Shown here piece after piece: positions 41,471 through 59,551 of a stretch of 64,000 nucleotides of DNA. The first letter of the stretch is position 1. The number at the start of each line of letters is the position of its first letter. Source of the DNA: Eledone cirrhosa (Eukaryota); NCBI GenBank assembly GCA_964016885.1, contig OZ024741.1, positions 128,650,001 through 128,714,000 of the forward strand, written 5' to 3'. The notes beneath the pieces were generated by a model. The model had not been told where the DNA came from. It did no database searches and worked only from the letters and a program-made list of their open reading frames with translations. Both the position numbers and the translations under genes were made by a program.

Positions 41471-41677
41471 GTATGTATGTATGTATGTATGTATGTATGT
41501 ATGAATGTATGAATCTATGTGTGTAATGTACGCGTGTACGCATGTATGAATGTAATATATGTATGCATCTGTGTATGTATGTATGTATGTATGTATGTAT
41601 GTACGTACGTACGTATGTATGTATGTATGTATGTATGTATGTATGTATGTACCTATGTATGCATGCCTGCATGTGTA

Positions 41678-41769
<92 letters not shown>

Positions 41770-42498
41770 TGTGTGTCTGTGTGTGTGCGCATACGTCTCT
41801 ATGTGTTCTGGGTATCTGATTACATTACAGGGTCAATGCGTACAGGTACAATGCCTGTTGCAATTAAGGCTGGCTTATGGGACATCCGGGACCAGTGGCT
41901 TCAAGTTGGCTAACAACGTGTTTCATCCGGTGAGATGAATGATGGATATATATAAAGTTATATCTGTATAAATGCGGAGTGTGTAACCGAGACTGTACAA
42001 ACGTGTATAAATATATACACATATCTAAAACGTAGGCACGTAAACATGCTGAAAAATACGAATTTCCCTGTAAATTTAAAAAATGGTAAACACCTTTAAT
42101 CGATTTTCGGGTCTAATTGGACCTTCATCATCCAATCAACCACAAGGAGACATGTAATTGATGGGTATATACCCATTCGCTGTTAGTATCATTCTGAAAT
42201 GGAAGTACTAATTTGCATATAATTAGTGCTCGTATTGGTAATTAATTTATCATGCAATTCAGCTGCCATCGCGCTTGTTAATATGTATGTTGATTAATTA
42301 TAGTCCGAAATACATGAAGTGGTTGTTTATGGTTGGAACACATTTACAACGTATGTCTTGTTGATGAGATATGGGTTGTGATTCAATGACAACTGTTAGA
42401 GAAGAAGAAAACGAAACATCACTATGAAAGCATCAATTGTTTCTAATTTAAGCACAGGGCCAGCAATTTTTATTATATAGACCCCAGTACTTAGCTGA

Positions 42499-43385
42499 GT
42501 GGAGGCACGTGGCCTAGTGGTAAGGGTGTTGGACTTACGATCATAATATCATTGGTCTTACGATCATAATATCGTTGGTCTTACGATCATAATGCCGCTG
42601 GTCTTACGATCATAATGTCTTTGGTCTTAGGGTCATAATTTCGTTGGTCTTACGGTCATAATACCGTTGACTTACGATCATAATATCGTTGGATTGACGG
42701 TCATAATGTGGTTGGTCTTACGGTCATAATGTGGTTGGTCTTACGGTCATAATGTCGTTGGTTTTACGGTCATAATGTGGTTGGTCTTACGGTCATAATG
42801 TCGTTGGTCTTACGGTCATAATGTCGTTGGTTTTACGGTCATAATGTGGTTGGTCTTACGGTCATAATGTCGTTGGTTTTACGGTCATAATGTCGTTGAC
42901 TTACGGTCATAATGTCGTTGATCTTACGGCCATAATGTTGTTGGAGTGTCGATCATAATGTCGTTGGTCTTAGGATCATAATCTCGTTGGTCTTACGTTC
43001 ATAATGTGGTTGGTTTTACGGTTATAATGCGGTTGGTCTTACGATCATAATGTCGTTGGTCTTATAGTCATAATGTCTTATGATCATAATGTCGTTGAAC
43101 TTATGATCATAATGTCCTTGGTCTTACGATCATAATATCGTTGGATTGACGGTCATAATGTCGTTGGATTGACGATCAAAATGTTGTTGCATTTACTGTC
43201 ATAATGTCGTTGAGCAAAACACTTCATTTCGCGTTGTTTCAGTATACACAGCTGAAATTGAGCACCAGCAATAGCTGGGGGTTTAACCCTGCGATGGACT
43301 GACGTCTTGTCCGGGTCATAGTATCTCACTCTGTCGCTTCACTCCACTGAAACCGAGATAAGCAACTATCTGATAAGCTTCATAG
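42499..43385 (+). mobile_element. CORE-type SINE with an internal 23-bp minisatellite, nested in another SINE
   Basis: Head GGCACGTGGCCTAGTGG, array GGTCTTACGGTCATAATGTCGTT at ~42530-43212, resumes TGAGCAAAACACTT; host SINE halves at ~42435-42495 and ~43395-43520. Confidence 0.8.
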
Positions 43386-43816
43386 CTAGAGACATGTCTG
43401 GTACTTTGTTTAGTACATGATGGTACTTTGTTTTATAGACATGGAAAGTATGAAAGAGGCAAAGTTGATTTCGGCAGGATTTTAACTCAGAATGTAAGAG
43501 TCACAACATATTTCCTAAACACATCAACAATAACAGCAACGCCATCATCATAACAACAGCAGCAACAACAGTAAGGAAAATAGCAATAATTTTCACGTGG
43601 CAAAAACAATACAAAATAAAGGGGTTGTACTATCTATTATGTGCGTCTGTTTGTGCGCGTGTACATGTAAATGTGTGTGTGTGTGTGTGGCCTACAATGA
43701 TGAATATTATAATACACCAGCAGTAACGGATAAAGCCTTTATTTGCTTTGTATGAATCTACATATACGAGTATGTATGTGTGTCAATGTATTTATATACT
43801 CGTGTGCATGCATGTT

Positions 43817-43864
<48 letters not shown>

Positions 43865-43998
43865 TAGACACACACACACTGCATACACACTACATACACA
43901 CACACACACATATATATATATAGTGTGTAGGTAGTACGATGAAATATATATGTATATATATATCTATATATATATATATATATTGTTTAGGTAATACG

Positions 43999-44069
<71 letters not shown>

Positions 44070-44333
44070 ATATATATATATATACATGCATGTATGTATA
44101 TATATATATATATATGTATGCATGCATGTACCTATGTATGCCTGCATGTATAATATATATATATATATATTATACATGCAGGCATACATACATACATATA
44201 TACATACATGCGTACATGCGTACATTACATACATAGATATATAAGGACTTGTCTGAGTGTAAACACAATTATACTATCAAGCAGTACCATTGCTATACAC
44301 ACACATACAGACATACACACACACACGCGCACG

Positions 44334-44423
<90 letters not shown>

Positions 44424-45063
44424 TACAGGCATATGCGTGCAGGCACATATACACAGGTACCTGGTAAACCACCAACCGAAATTGAATCCTCTGTCCCTCC
44501 TCCAACCCTCTCTTCCCATCATCAGTTCGTCACGTCTTCCACCCCCACCTGCCTTCACTGTTGTCTAGGATTTAATATCTTCATCCATTAATCATTTTCA
44601 CTACCAATATTACCTCCACCACCACCACCACTACTAACACAAACACCATTACTACCACTATAAGCAACAACGCCTTTACCGAACCTTACATCGCAATGTA
44701 ACTGCCACTAACAACCACCACCACCATTACCGAAACAAAAAGGTGGTTTGGTCAAGTCTGGACCGCTTTTGATCCCATATATCTTCAATAAGGACCAGTC
44801 TAAATATATATATATATATATATATAATTAGTATCAAGTGCCATATATACGTACTTAGGTTTCGTTGGGTTATACACCCCCCCCCCCCCCTCAAATTCAT
44901 TCAGCCTGTTAAGTTTAAACAAAGATCTCCACAGAAGACTTTTAAAAGTGTTTAGAAAATACAGGAGAGTTCTTCAAGGGTAGGTAATCTCGAATCTATC
45001 CCGATCACCACCCTCTTCTACCACCAGAAAAGATATAAATACCACCATATTACTTGGACAGTC

Positions 45064-45114
45064 GGCTTCCTGATGATATCTCCCGAATGAAACAGTTCTA
45101 GTCCTGTAGAAGCC
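45064..45114 (+). ncRNA. Type I hammerhead ribozyme
   Basis: GGCTTC CTGATGA TATCTCCCGAAT GAAA CAG TTCTAGTC CTG TA GAAGCC; weak stem II. Confidence 0.75.
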
Positions 45115-45212
45115 TTTTCTATATTAAATAATTATACTCTGCTTTGTATTGATTACCTTACTTACTGTGGTTACCCCCGATTGAACCAGGGATAAACTTA
45201 TACACACACACA

Positions 45213-45702
45213 CGAGTTTTGTCCCCAAAGTAAAGATACTGATTTTACTATGTACGACATGGTCAGACAGTTAATTGCACCGTCTACAAAAATGTCTTGG
45301 AACGACAATGGACATTGCAGGAAATTGGGTCCTGAACCAAGATAACGCGCTTACTCACACAGCACTTTCAATTTCCGGCGAAGGAAAACATTCCCACTCT
45401 TCTACAGAACCCTCAAACTCCAGATCTAGCTCCATGTGATCTAGCCTCTTACCCTAGTTGAAATCGAAGTTGAAAGCTCATCATTTTGGAACTGTGGAAA
45501 ATTATTTAAAAGATTGTAACCGATGAGCTTAAGGACACTCACAGAAAATGACTCGGTGCTGCTACAATTAATGGGAAAAACGTTGGAACCACTGTATGAC
45601 GTCCCAATGGTTATATTTTGAAGGAGAAAACTTATAATTTCATGTACGACTAATATACATTTAAATAAAACATCAGTACTTTTACTTTTGGGACAGACTT
45701 CA
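45213..45702 (+). mobile_element. Internally deleted mariner-like DNA transposon
   Basis: TIRs GAGTTTTGTCCCCAAAGTAAAG / CTTTTACTTTTGGGACAGACTTC; remnant PQTPDLAPCD (cf. YSPDLAPxD) and KRWNHC..GYIFEG. Confidence 0.8.
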
Positions 45703-46015
45703 TATATATAGAGAGAGATTGGGAGTTATCAGTTAGACTAGTAAGACCATATTCAACTAAGTACTCAAAACTTGGGTAAGTAGAGTGTATGTATAGTGAA
45801 AAGTTAATGCCCGGCGGCTGACCTCACACGTTATCCACTCAGAGTGAGCTCAGCCGTATGGCACTAGCTTTTCATGATATATATATATGTATGTGTGTGT
45901 GTGTGTATAATATTCAAAGAAAATATAGTATCTTCAGACGCAGAAGAATAAGTGTAAGTACAGTCGGTTGCTATAAATAGGTAAACATCCTAAGAGACGG
46001 GAAAAAAGTGTCAGC

Positions 46016-46089
46016 GGCCGCTACGAAGAATCGAACCTCGTATCTTTGAGATTCCAGCAGGGTGCTCTAAACCATTGAGCTAAGAGACC
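46016..46089 (-). pseudogene. tRNA-like sequence (pseudo-tRNA or SINE head)
   Basis: TAGCTCAATGGTTAGAGC D arm, GGTTCGATTC T loop, partly paired acceptor stem; anticodon arm does not pair. Confidence 0.6.
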
Positions 46090-46149
46090 TCTGACAACAT
46101 AGTACCGTCTAAATTTGGTTACTGTATCAATCATCCATGAGCTCCGTTG

Positions 46150-46290
46150 GTCTCGGTTTGGAATCCAGCCGGATCAATTGGAGACGGCTGCTTTTGACAA
46201 GACCCGCTGGAGGAGTTTGAGTACTCTACCCTCCACGGCCCTCCGAGAAATAAATGAGCGAAGAAGAAGAAGAAGAAGAGAGGGGAGATG
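46150..46290 (+). mobile_element. RTE LINE ORF C-terminal fragment
   Basis: RFGIQPDQLETAAFDKTRWRS resembles the RTE W/LE..A.DR..WR motif. Confidence 0.55.
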
Positions 46291-47606
46291 GTGGTGGTAA
46301 AGTATCTTTGGAAACGGAAAACGGTGGACGGGGGGTGCTTTCTTAGGTCAACCATCTGTTTACACTTCTAGTTACAAATTTAATATCGTCTAAAAATACG
46401 GAAATATTGGCCAGTAGCTCTTTAACGTTGTGAACAGCATCCAAAAGATGCGGAGTTCCATTCCTTGCAGATGACTATATTTCAAATTTTCCCAGTGTTT
46501 CTTATGCCCATCAGTTGTTTACACTTCTTATTTATATTTCTGTGTGTATCTCACTAGCTGTTTATTTATCTATCCACCCATCTATCTGTCTGTCTATCTA
46601 TTTATTTATCTATCTATCTTTCTTCCTATATATCTGCCTGTCTATCTAATTATCCACGTATTTATTTATTTATCTGACTCTTTTGTCTATTTATCTATCT
46701 TTCTACCTTTGCCACCCCCACCCCAGTCTCTCCCATAATATATATATATATATATATATATATTGTGTGTGTGTGTGTCCATGTATATGTATAAATGTGT
46801 ATGTATACACACTCTCACACACTCACGTGTCTGTCAAGCTATTCATAAAAAACAACAACAGAAGTAATTAAAGTTGATGTTTTGTTTATGTATAAAACGT
46901 TATTGAATCAACATTTCTGTGTCTGGTTGTCTGCTATGTACTGCTGGTCTGTGTACTAGTTCCCTCCAACAACAGACAATAGACTCAGTTGCTTTACGAT
47001 TCCAACGTCTATCCAACAGTATTGTTGATATAAAGGATGTTTAAACAAAACTAATCGTGTGAATGCATGTTGCTCTGTGGTTAGATAGAGTATTAGAGCT
47101 TCATTCGTGATCGTGAGGTTGTAAGTTCAATTCCTTGACAAGCAGACGTGTTATGTCCTTCAACAAGACGGTTTATGTGTTATTTGGTTTTACGGATACA
47201 ACCTTCTATTCAGCATTGCTCATACAGTATTGTTGGTATGACTGAAGCTTAAGTATTGTTGGTATGACTCTTCAGTGTTGTTGGTATGACTGAAGCGACT
47301 GAAGCTTAAGTAAAACTAATAATAATGTGGGGGCGCAGAGCTTAGTGGTTACAGTACTGGATTCACGATCATAACTATTGTGTCTCGCTTACCTTCGCAC
47401 CCCACATATGACCATTACAATCAATTTACCCTTGACACAGTGTCAACCGTCTAGAATCGAATCTCCCCCCACCCTATCCCACCGTTCATGTTTTTCCTAT
47501 AACTGCAGGGTCGGCCAACGGTATCTACTGTCAACGTTTGGTTTCACTCAGGGCCGTACATATTTGGAAAACAAAATATCGTTAAATTGTAATGGTCAGT
47601 CTAAGA

Positions 47607-47899
47607 CAGTCACGGGCAACCTGCGGCCCGCGAAGCTTTCTGAATGGCTCGCCTAAGTCACCTAAGTGAAATCTTTCTGATTTTTTAACCTCAACTTTTC
47701 AGTCGTAATTTATCTTTCTATCATTTTTACGATCGAGGAAAAAACAACGTGTACGAATTCTGAAGAAACAAATCAAAACAACCTGAATTACCACCCTTGT
47801 TTTTAATGTGGGCACAAATGTAAATTAGCGCTTGCGGCCCGCTAGATGATGAGCCGTATCTCATGAGGCCCGTTTCTCGAGGAAGGTTGCCCATGTCTG
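47607..47899. mobile_element. hAT (Charlie-like) MITE
   Basis: TIRs CAGTCACGGGCAACCT / AGGTTGCCCATGTCTG; perfect 8-bp TSD GTCTAAGA; subterminal GCGGCCCG motifs. Confidence 0.92.
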
Positions 47900-48279
47900 G
47901 TCTAAGAGCTTTAAGACTAAGCTGTCGTTCGCATCATACAAAAGATTTCAAAACTGCTTTATATAAATAAAAGATTCGTCGTCAATGGGACAAAGAGAGG
48001 AGGTTCAAACTGATTCTAGACTTGCTAGAAACAGCTGTCAAATTTCCCTCAAACTAAACTATCTTAGAAAAGGACCACATTCGATGATATGGTCCCGATG
48101 CACCAATTAAACAACTCCCTCACATACTCATATACACTATTCCCCCACCACTACGTCCACTAAGCATTATGTCCTCTTTTTTTCTCAAAACTTTCTCACC
48201 ACCTGCTTATTTTCACTCTCTCACTATTCCCCCTCTCTCCCTCTCTCTCGTTATCTATCTATCTCTGTTTCTTTCAATT

Positions 48280-48352
<73 letters not shown>

Positions 48353-48522
48353 AAATAATGACGAGTGGAACCTTGAGCTGATCAGTGGCGAAACGCGTGT
48401 CACCAACCAATAAACGTAATGAAGGAGTAACCACTCGTCCTTTTATTTTATTTTTGTAACACACTTTATCTAGCTCTATACCTCGACACAGAAGTGAACC
48501 TAAACATCGAGTGCTCACCCGG

Positions 48523-48586
<64 letters not shown>

Positions 48587-48702
48587 GCTGGAAGTCCAAG
48601 AAATATAAATGTTTATAACTGATTTAGAGCACTCAACAGTTTACTGGAGTAAATATTCAATGATATTAAATAAATGGAAACTATATTTATAAAACCATAT
48701 TT

Positions 48703-48765
48703 ATTTTATTATATATATTTCAAGGGCAACCAAGACAACATTGGTACGCTTTCATCAGATAAAAT
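48703..48765 (-). ncRNA. Type I hammerhead ribozyme (family of 37009-37071)
   Basis: ATTTTAT CTGATGA AAGCGTACCAA TGTTGTC TTGGTTGCCCTT GAAA TATATATA ATAAAAT; within inverted repeats ~48657-48716 / 48841-48897. Confidence 0.75.
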
Positions 48766-49210
48766 ACAAACTTTGTTTTATAAATAGAGACATACCCATG
48801 AAAATCATACCGTATCGGGTGGAAATTCACTATCCAGTGAATATAATAAAATAAATATGGTTTTATAAATATAGTTTCCATTTATTTAATATCATTGTAT
48901 ATATATATATGTGTATATATGTGTGTGTGTGTGAGAATATATTATATGTGTGTGTTAGTGTAATGTTATACTTCCCCCTCGCTCTCTATTACGTCTATTA
49001 CGACATTCCTCCTCTCTCTCTCTCTATGTACCATTCCTCCACCTCCCACCTATACCATGCTCCTCTCTATATACCATTCCTCCTCCTATTCCTTCACCTC
49101 CCACTTCTTTCAGTACCAAATATTTCGGGCAAAGTGCTCTTTATCATTCATTATCACCTCTAACTTTCCCATCCTACTCACTTCCCCCTCATGCTCTACT
49201 CTTCCTTCAG

Positions 49211-49255
<45 letters not shown>

Positions 49256-49925
49256 TATATGTTTCATCCCCCTCCTCTTTATCCTTCCCACTGTCATCAT
49301 TACTCAACCCACACCACCCCACCCTTAGGGACTAGTTCTGCCCCTACATTGTCCTCAACAGTGCCAGACATCAAACAGTCCTTATCTTTTGCTCCACTTC
49401 TCTTCAATTCCTCCTCATTCTTTTCCTCTATTGTCATCTACCCCCTCCCCCTTTTTTTCTTTAAGCCCATCTCTCTGTCTCTCTCTTCTCTTTTGCCCGG
49501 CTCTCTCATTTTTGCTTTCTATCACTCACCCTCTCTCTAACTCTCACTATCTCTATCCCCTAACTCCCTATCCCTCCCCCTCTCTCTCTCTCGCCTCTCT
49601 CTCTCCCCTCTCTCTCTCTCGCCTCTCTCTCTCTCCCCTCTCTCTCTCTCCCCTCTCTCTCCCCTCTCTCTCTCTCTCTCTCTCACTACATCCCTCTCAC
49701 CCCTACTCACCAGAGCCAAACATCAAACAATTTTACTAGAGACAATTACCAACTCCTCAATGTGTATTAGTGTATGTTTATACATGTGTTTATATATATA
49801 TATATATATACATATCCCGTGTGTGTGGTTATATATGCATCTGCATATATATATTTATATATGTATGTATACATATGTATTTGTGTATGTATGTGCTTAT
49901 ATGCATGTAGTTGGAATATATGTAT

Positions 49926-49967
<42 letters not shown>

Positions 49968-50130
49968 ATATATATATGTGTGTGTGTGTGTATGCATATG
50001 TATTTGTGCATATATGTGCTTATATGCATTTATTTATAATACATGTGTGTGTGTGTATATATATATATATATTTATATACACGCATACAGAGCAACACAC
50101 ACACACACACATACATAGGCATACACTCAC

Positions 50131-50198
<68 letters not shown>

Positions 50199-50509
50199 TC
50201 TGTATGCGTTTCTACATGCATGTGCATATATATTTATATATGTATGTTTACATATATATTTGAGAATGTATGTTTATATGCATGTATTTGTAATACGTGT
50301 GCGTGTGTTTATCTGTTTTCATATCTGCGTATATATGTGCCTATGTATATATATGTATGGGTGTATATATGTCTATGTATATATGGATGTGTATATATAT
50401 GTGTCTATGTATATATGTATGTGTATATATGTGTCTATGTATATATGTATGTATATATATGTATGTGTATATATGTGTCTATGTATATATGTATGTGTAT
50501 ATATGTGTC

Positions 50510-50540
<31 letters not shown>

Positions 50541-50693
50541 GTATATATGTGTACATATGCATATGTGTGTATGTTCTCGTCATCGATCCAACCAAACACA
50601 CACGCACATATATATATTCACGTACGCACACATATACATTCACGTACACACATATATATATATATTCATACCCACAATTCATTTCCTCTGTGC

Positions 50694-50779
<86 letters not shown>

Positions 50780-50960
50780 CCTCCCTCCCTCTCTCTCTCT
50801 CTCTCTTGTTACTCCCCACCTAATCCGCGTGACATTCATACCACGCATACCAAACTGTGACACACACCGTAACACAACCATGTTACACCACCCTATTAAT
50901 ATGCTATAAACATGTATATAAATGTATATTGCTTGTGTGTATGTGTGTCTCTATTATGTA

Positions 50961-51754
<794 letters not shown>

Positions 51755-51822
51755 CATACATAGTATCTTTAGAATGAGAAAATGCGAAGTAGTTTCAGAT
51801 GTTAAAGTCCTTTATTGGTAAT

Positions 51823-51888
51823 GCTAAGATACATATTTCAATGGCCACACGATTCCGTGTACCCAGTGCCGTGACATCATCAGACAGC
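51823..51888 (-). ncRNA. Type I hammerhead candidate
   Basis: GCTGT CTGATGA ...ACACG GAAT CGTGT... GAAA T ATGT A TC TTAGC, AATAAA downstream; short imperfect stem I. Confidence 0.5.
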
Positions 51889-51984
51889 TTCTTATATAAT
51901 AGGGTTACGTTCCCAAGGCAATCCAAACAGAAACGACAAGAGAACAGACAAGGCGTGTGTTCTTGAATCGTCTGCCCATTCCCC

Positions 51985-52023
<39 letters not shown>

Positions 52024-52107
52024 ACATACATTTATATATACGTACGTATATACATGCATACATATATACATACATACGTATATACATGCATACATATATA
52101 CATACAT

Positions 52108-52405
52108 ATGATGGCTGCCCCCTCGTTATAGAGTATGGCCATTGCACGATATTAATATTAATATTAATAATTATTAATTAATTCTATCGTGCAATGCCTG
52201 TGCGTGAAGTTATTTTTTAAAGTGAGGAAAGACTGTGCACTGAGCCAATCCCACTCTCTGAGCGACAGTAGCTATAACCCGAAAAGAAGAAAAGATCAAC
52301 ATGATCGGTAACTATTGAGCCGCAGGTTTTATATCGGAGTTATCCCAGTTTCCTGAGTTGCCTTCTCCTAGAAGAATGCCCTGACAAAGGCTAGGAGTCC
52401 TTCAC
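52108..52405 (-). mobile_element. Diverged relative of the RTE-derived element
   Basis: Shares GCAATGCCTGTG, CCCACTCTC, CCTTCTCCTAGAA and GACAAAGGCTA blocks with 51010-51621. Confidence 0.65.
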
Positions 52406-52504
52406 TACATACATACATACATACATACATACATACATACATACATACATACATACATACATACATACATACATACATACATACATACATACATACATAC
52501 ATAC

Positions 52505-54819
<2,315 letters not shown>

Positions 54820-55270
54820 GTATGTATGCATGGGTACACGGACGGATTTAGACAATTGAATATACAACAAACTCCCAATTTTACAGATGCAAGTCGGCCT
54901 GTGGCAAGTAATTGGAATTGAAAAGTTATACATGCTGGTATTAAATTCGAAAAATCTAGCCATCCTCTTTTAAGTTCACTTTTTACTCTGGCATGTGTTG
55001 GATGGGATGAAACATTTTATGGCTCCATATAAGCGACATCAAATACATTTTATAAGAATATTGTTCTTCTGATAATAACAAATCTAATAAAATTAGATGA
55101 AAATACATTTTGTTAAAATACAGTTCTCGTTGTCAAATAAATATATTGAGGCCACGAAAATGACTTTTTAGTCCAACCAAGGACTTAGATTCCTTTCTGT
55201 ATACTACAGAAAGAAAGGGCTAACTCACGCAACACAAGTGAAATTCGTTTAGATCAAGTGTTATCGGTGC

Positions 55271-56300
55271 TTGAAGCCTTTTTTAAGTGAAGAAAGGCCT
55301 TACACTGGAAGTGTTTCCGTACTGTTTAAAAGCGAGGCACTCGCCCCAAAAAACTCTGTGACACCAATGGTGTCAAAAGCATACACCTTTTCCCCTACAT
55401 ACATGGGAACAAGGACACAAAAAATAAAAATAAAAAACATACCTCCAAATATTAACATCTGGTGGATCTTGGCTGGCTTCGTAGAGCCAGAAACTGATAT
55501 GATATTTTCGATACGAAAATCTATTCGACAAAGGTGGGCGGGCATAGATTTGGAGATTCTGTTGCAAATGAAACCGGAGAGAATCTCCAAAATACCCGAA
55601 AGAGTCGTTATCGATAATAACAACAAAATAAACATTTCGGTAGAAGGACGAAAATTTCACTGCTTTCGCTGTGGTAGCACAGCACACCTAAAGGCCTCTT
55701 GTCCACAAACACACAACAACAACATCATAAAAAAATGCTATTACCAACACCAACACCAAAACAACCACCACCACCACCACAAGTACAACGACAGACGAAA
55801 CGAGCAACCACACCAAAACAAACAGACACTCAACCAACAACAACAGAAAAAACAGAGACAACACCCCTGAAGAACACAGCCCCACTCCATACCACTCCAT
55901 CAAACACTACCACAAACACACACACCGAAACACCACCACCACACAACATACCCTTACCCCACACACCTGACGATGATTATTCATCGACGGATGAAGCTGC
56001 TTCTCCTTCTTTAAGTGAAGAAGAGGGAGAACTGCGGAAATCTAAAAAACAAAAAAAGAGACACCACAAAACCCCGAAAACTCCAATCACCAACACCAAC
56101 ACACAACCACAGACACAAACAACAACACAAACAACACCACAGTCAAACATCCCCCTATCAGCAAAACCAGCACCAACACCACCGCAAACACAAGCACCCA
56201 CCATAAAAAGAAAACTCCCGGACGAACAACAAACTAAAACAACACAACAAAAACACAAACAACAATACGCATACATCAACACTAACAACAAGAGTTTGAT
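55271..56300 (+). pseudogene. LINE ORF1 (gag-like), frameshifted
   Basis: KIKNIPPNI motif and CCHC knuckle CFRCGSTAHLKASC, then a Pro/Thr-rich tail in another frame. Confidence 0.75.
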
Positions 56301-59300
56301 GGAGGTCATCTCTCTGTCAGCCAGAAGGTGGAGGTGGGGTGGCTGTCATGTTTCGGAAGAACCTGGACGTCGGAGTACAGGAAGTACACTTGGACCCGGA
56401 GGGTAGACTGGTAGTCCTAGACGTGAACAGTATCGGAGGTAGAGCCTTCAGACTGGTGGCCGTTTATGCCCCGACCGGGCATCGCAATCACGGCTAGACT
56501 TCTTTAGGCGTCTAGAGTCTTTTCTGGGAACGTCTCGCTCCTTACTTTTAGTGGGGGACTGGAATGGTATCCTAGATGCACGATGGGACTATGTGGGAGC
56601 ATGTCCCAGTAGAGCGGGGTGCAACAGCCTCAAAACTTTAATCAGCCAATTCCAACTGGCCGATAGGTATCGACTGGATTTCCCGACTGCACCACAGTGG
56701 ACGTGGGCAAACCGCAGTGGGACATCTAGATCGTATTTAGATAGGTTCTTCATTAGAGAAAGGGTCAAGGAGATGTTAAGCTGTCCACGAATGCACATGG
56801 TTGCCTATTCAGATCACAAGTTAGTCGTCTGCTTAGTCAACCGTGATAGAATACATAGACAGGGTCCCGGATACTGGGAGCTGAACGTGTCGTTGCCGGC
56901 ATGTAAAGCTTACAGTGAACGGATAAGTAGACTAGTCAAGCAACAGTTAACGGGAGCCATCGTCAACAATAGATGGTGGTACTCTCTCAAGAAAGCAATT
57001 AGAATAGAATCGATAGGGTATAGCAGAGAGTTAGCCTTAGAGAAAAACAGAATAGAAAGAGAACTAGTAGCCAAGGTAGAGGAGGCACTTAGAAGTGGCA
57101 ACGCGGCTAGAGTGTTAGCGTCGAGAACGGCACTGGACCAGTTCTTCGATGCGAAACACGAAGGCTGCGTGGTCAGAAGCAAAACACGTGCTCTAGGAAA
57201 CGAAGGAACGAAAGCTGTCAGCTGGGCCCGAGTGGCGGAGGCAAAAAGTGGCAACAAGTCCACGATTCGGTCTTTGAAAGACCAAAATGGACGCGTGCTA
57301 CTTGACCCCAAGCAAATGTGCGCGACCTTTCAGCGGCACTTTGCGCGACTGTTTGAGCAGAACGACGGTGAGCCGAACGGGGCAATGCACTTTAGTTCAT
57401 ACCTCGACGGCCTGCCGCGTCTCTCGAACACGGACGCCGAGTTCTGCGAAAGACCGATCACGGACACTGAGATACGGGACGCTCTGGGCCGCTGCGGGAA
57501 ACGCAAGTCACCCGGTCTAGATGGTCTACCCTACGAATTTTACATAGGCATGCCGGACTTGTTCTCTGGCGTCCTCGAAGCCGTCTACTGCAATTGGCAG
57601 CAGAACGGGAGAATTCCCAGTTCTGCAGGCAAGGGCGTAGTAACGCTGATCAGGAAAGACGAGAACAAGGGGGACGAAATTAACAACTTCAGGCCCATAA
57701 CTCTGCTCAACACAAAGTTAAAGATTTTGGCCAAGGTGCTAGCGACGAGGTTGGCGCTTGTCGTCGAGAACCTGATAGGGAAAGCGCAAACGTGTGCAAT
57801 CCCGACCAGGTCCATACACGACAACTTCCACCTCATGCGATACATCATAGAGAGGGTGGGTAGTAAACCCGGCTTCGGAGGGGCTCTGATCAACTTGGGT
57901 CAGTCTAAGGCATTCGATAGTGTCGACCATCGATACTTGGAAGCGGTTCTCAAGGCGGCCGGTTTCGGTCCCGTGTTCAGAGGATGGATCGAGGCGATGC
58001 ACACCAGCATCTGCTCGAGGGTCAAGGTGAACGGCTACCTATCGGAGCCGTTCGCAATCACGCGTTCCATTCGACAGGGGTGCCCTCTCTCCTCCATTCT
58101 GTATGTATTGACTCTAGAGCCACTACTGCGGAAATTGGAGCTGTTGCAGGGCATCCCTCTAGAACCGGGACTGCGCAAAGCGGCGTCGGCTTATGCCGAC
58201 GACGTAACAGTAATGGTGTCGAGCACCTCAGAAATCGGGGTGATCGGCAACTTACTGAAAGAATACGAAACGCTGACGGGAGCAAAACTAAACCCGGACA
58301 AGTCTGTCGGTTTGCAACTCGGTACGTGGAGAGGCAAACCGATGACGTCCGACAGCGTCGTTGGACGCTGGACGGACAGACCGGTGAAATTGCTCTGGTT
58401 CGGACCTCCAGGTGGAGAAAAACTGGATCGAGGTCACGGCTAAGGTGTTTGCACTCACCCAGAAGTGGGCAGAGTGCAAACTGTCCTTGAAAGGTCGAGC
58501 GGAGGTGGCGAACACTTTCATAGCGTCCGTCATCTACTACCGCTTGACTGTCGTGCCTTGTCCCCGTGAACACCTCGCCAAGATGGAACGCATGCTCTTC
58601 CAGTTTCTGTGGAAGAAGCAGGCTCCGCTAGTGAGGAGATCCGTCTGCTGTCAGCATCCTTCCAACGGAGGGCTGAGAATGCCGTGGCTGATGATGTGCA
58701 AACATGCGCTAAGGCTGCGGCATCTCCAGGTATTCCTCACCGACCCCCAACCGGTGTGGGCACCGTTTGTGAGACAGGCTTTCCCACAGCTCGTCTCGCT
58801 GACGGAGCTACAGTCCTGGGTGAAGAAAAGACCGAAAACGATGGGCGCCTGGCACATTGAAAGCGCTCAGGCGCTCACAGTCCTCTGGCAAGTGGGCGCA
58901 GCAATCAGTGGAGACTCCACTTCGACATTCTATAGAGGCATTGTACGTTACAGGGGCGACGACGTGCTCGGAGAGACTCTGGGCGTCGAAGACGATGAGC
59001 TCACCAGTCTGTTTGGTAGGACTTTCCGCCCGGGACCTATGGACAACTTCCAGAAGTCCCTGGCCTGGCAGTGCTACCGAGAAGCTCTACCGGTTCGTGA
59101 CAAGATCTACAGGCACGGACCTTCCAAGAGGACGTGTCCAAGATGCGCGCAGGACATTGAAACAGTCCTGCACGCAATTGTACACTGCCCGGGCGTAACC
59201 GACCTGTGGAACTATGCAGAACAACTGCTGTCGCGTATGGGACAAATCCAGTTGACTGCCAAGTCCATAGTAAGGATCAAACCGCCAGCCTCTTTCAAAA

Positions 59301-59551
59301 ACGAAAGAGAGGAGGTTTTTCTCTGTACGGTGGCTATGGTGAAAGAGGTTATATGGTGGACGAGATTGAGAGGACTGAGGACAGATGCCTTTCTCTCCGG
59401 ACAACAATTGATTCCATTCTTTAAGTATCACTTTAGAAGGAGAATCAGGGTGGAGAGAGAGGCACTGCACCCCAGTAAGTTTACTGAAAGGTGGGTGAAT
59501 GAAGCGAAAATGGCCCGAGTGATTGGGCCTTCTCTGTTTATAAGCCTGTAG
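56300..59551 (+). pseudogene. LINE ORF2: AP endonuclease, reverse transcriptase, C-terminal Cys motif
   Basis: RLVAVYAP, GDWN, YLDRFF, SDH, KSPGLDG, FRPITLLN, RQGCPLS, YADD, CPRC..ETVLHAIVHC; frameshifts near 56480 and 58400; N-terminus of the endonuclease missing. Confidence 0.93.

Noticed and set aside
46016-46089. Functional tRNA gene
   Set aside because: Anticodon stem unpaired and acceptor stem mismatched; kept only as tRNA-like.
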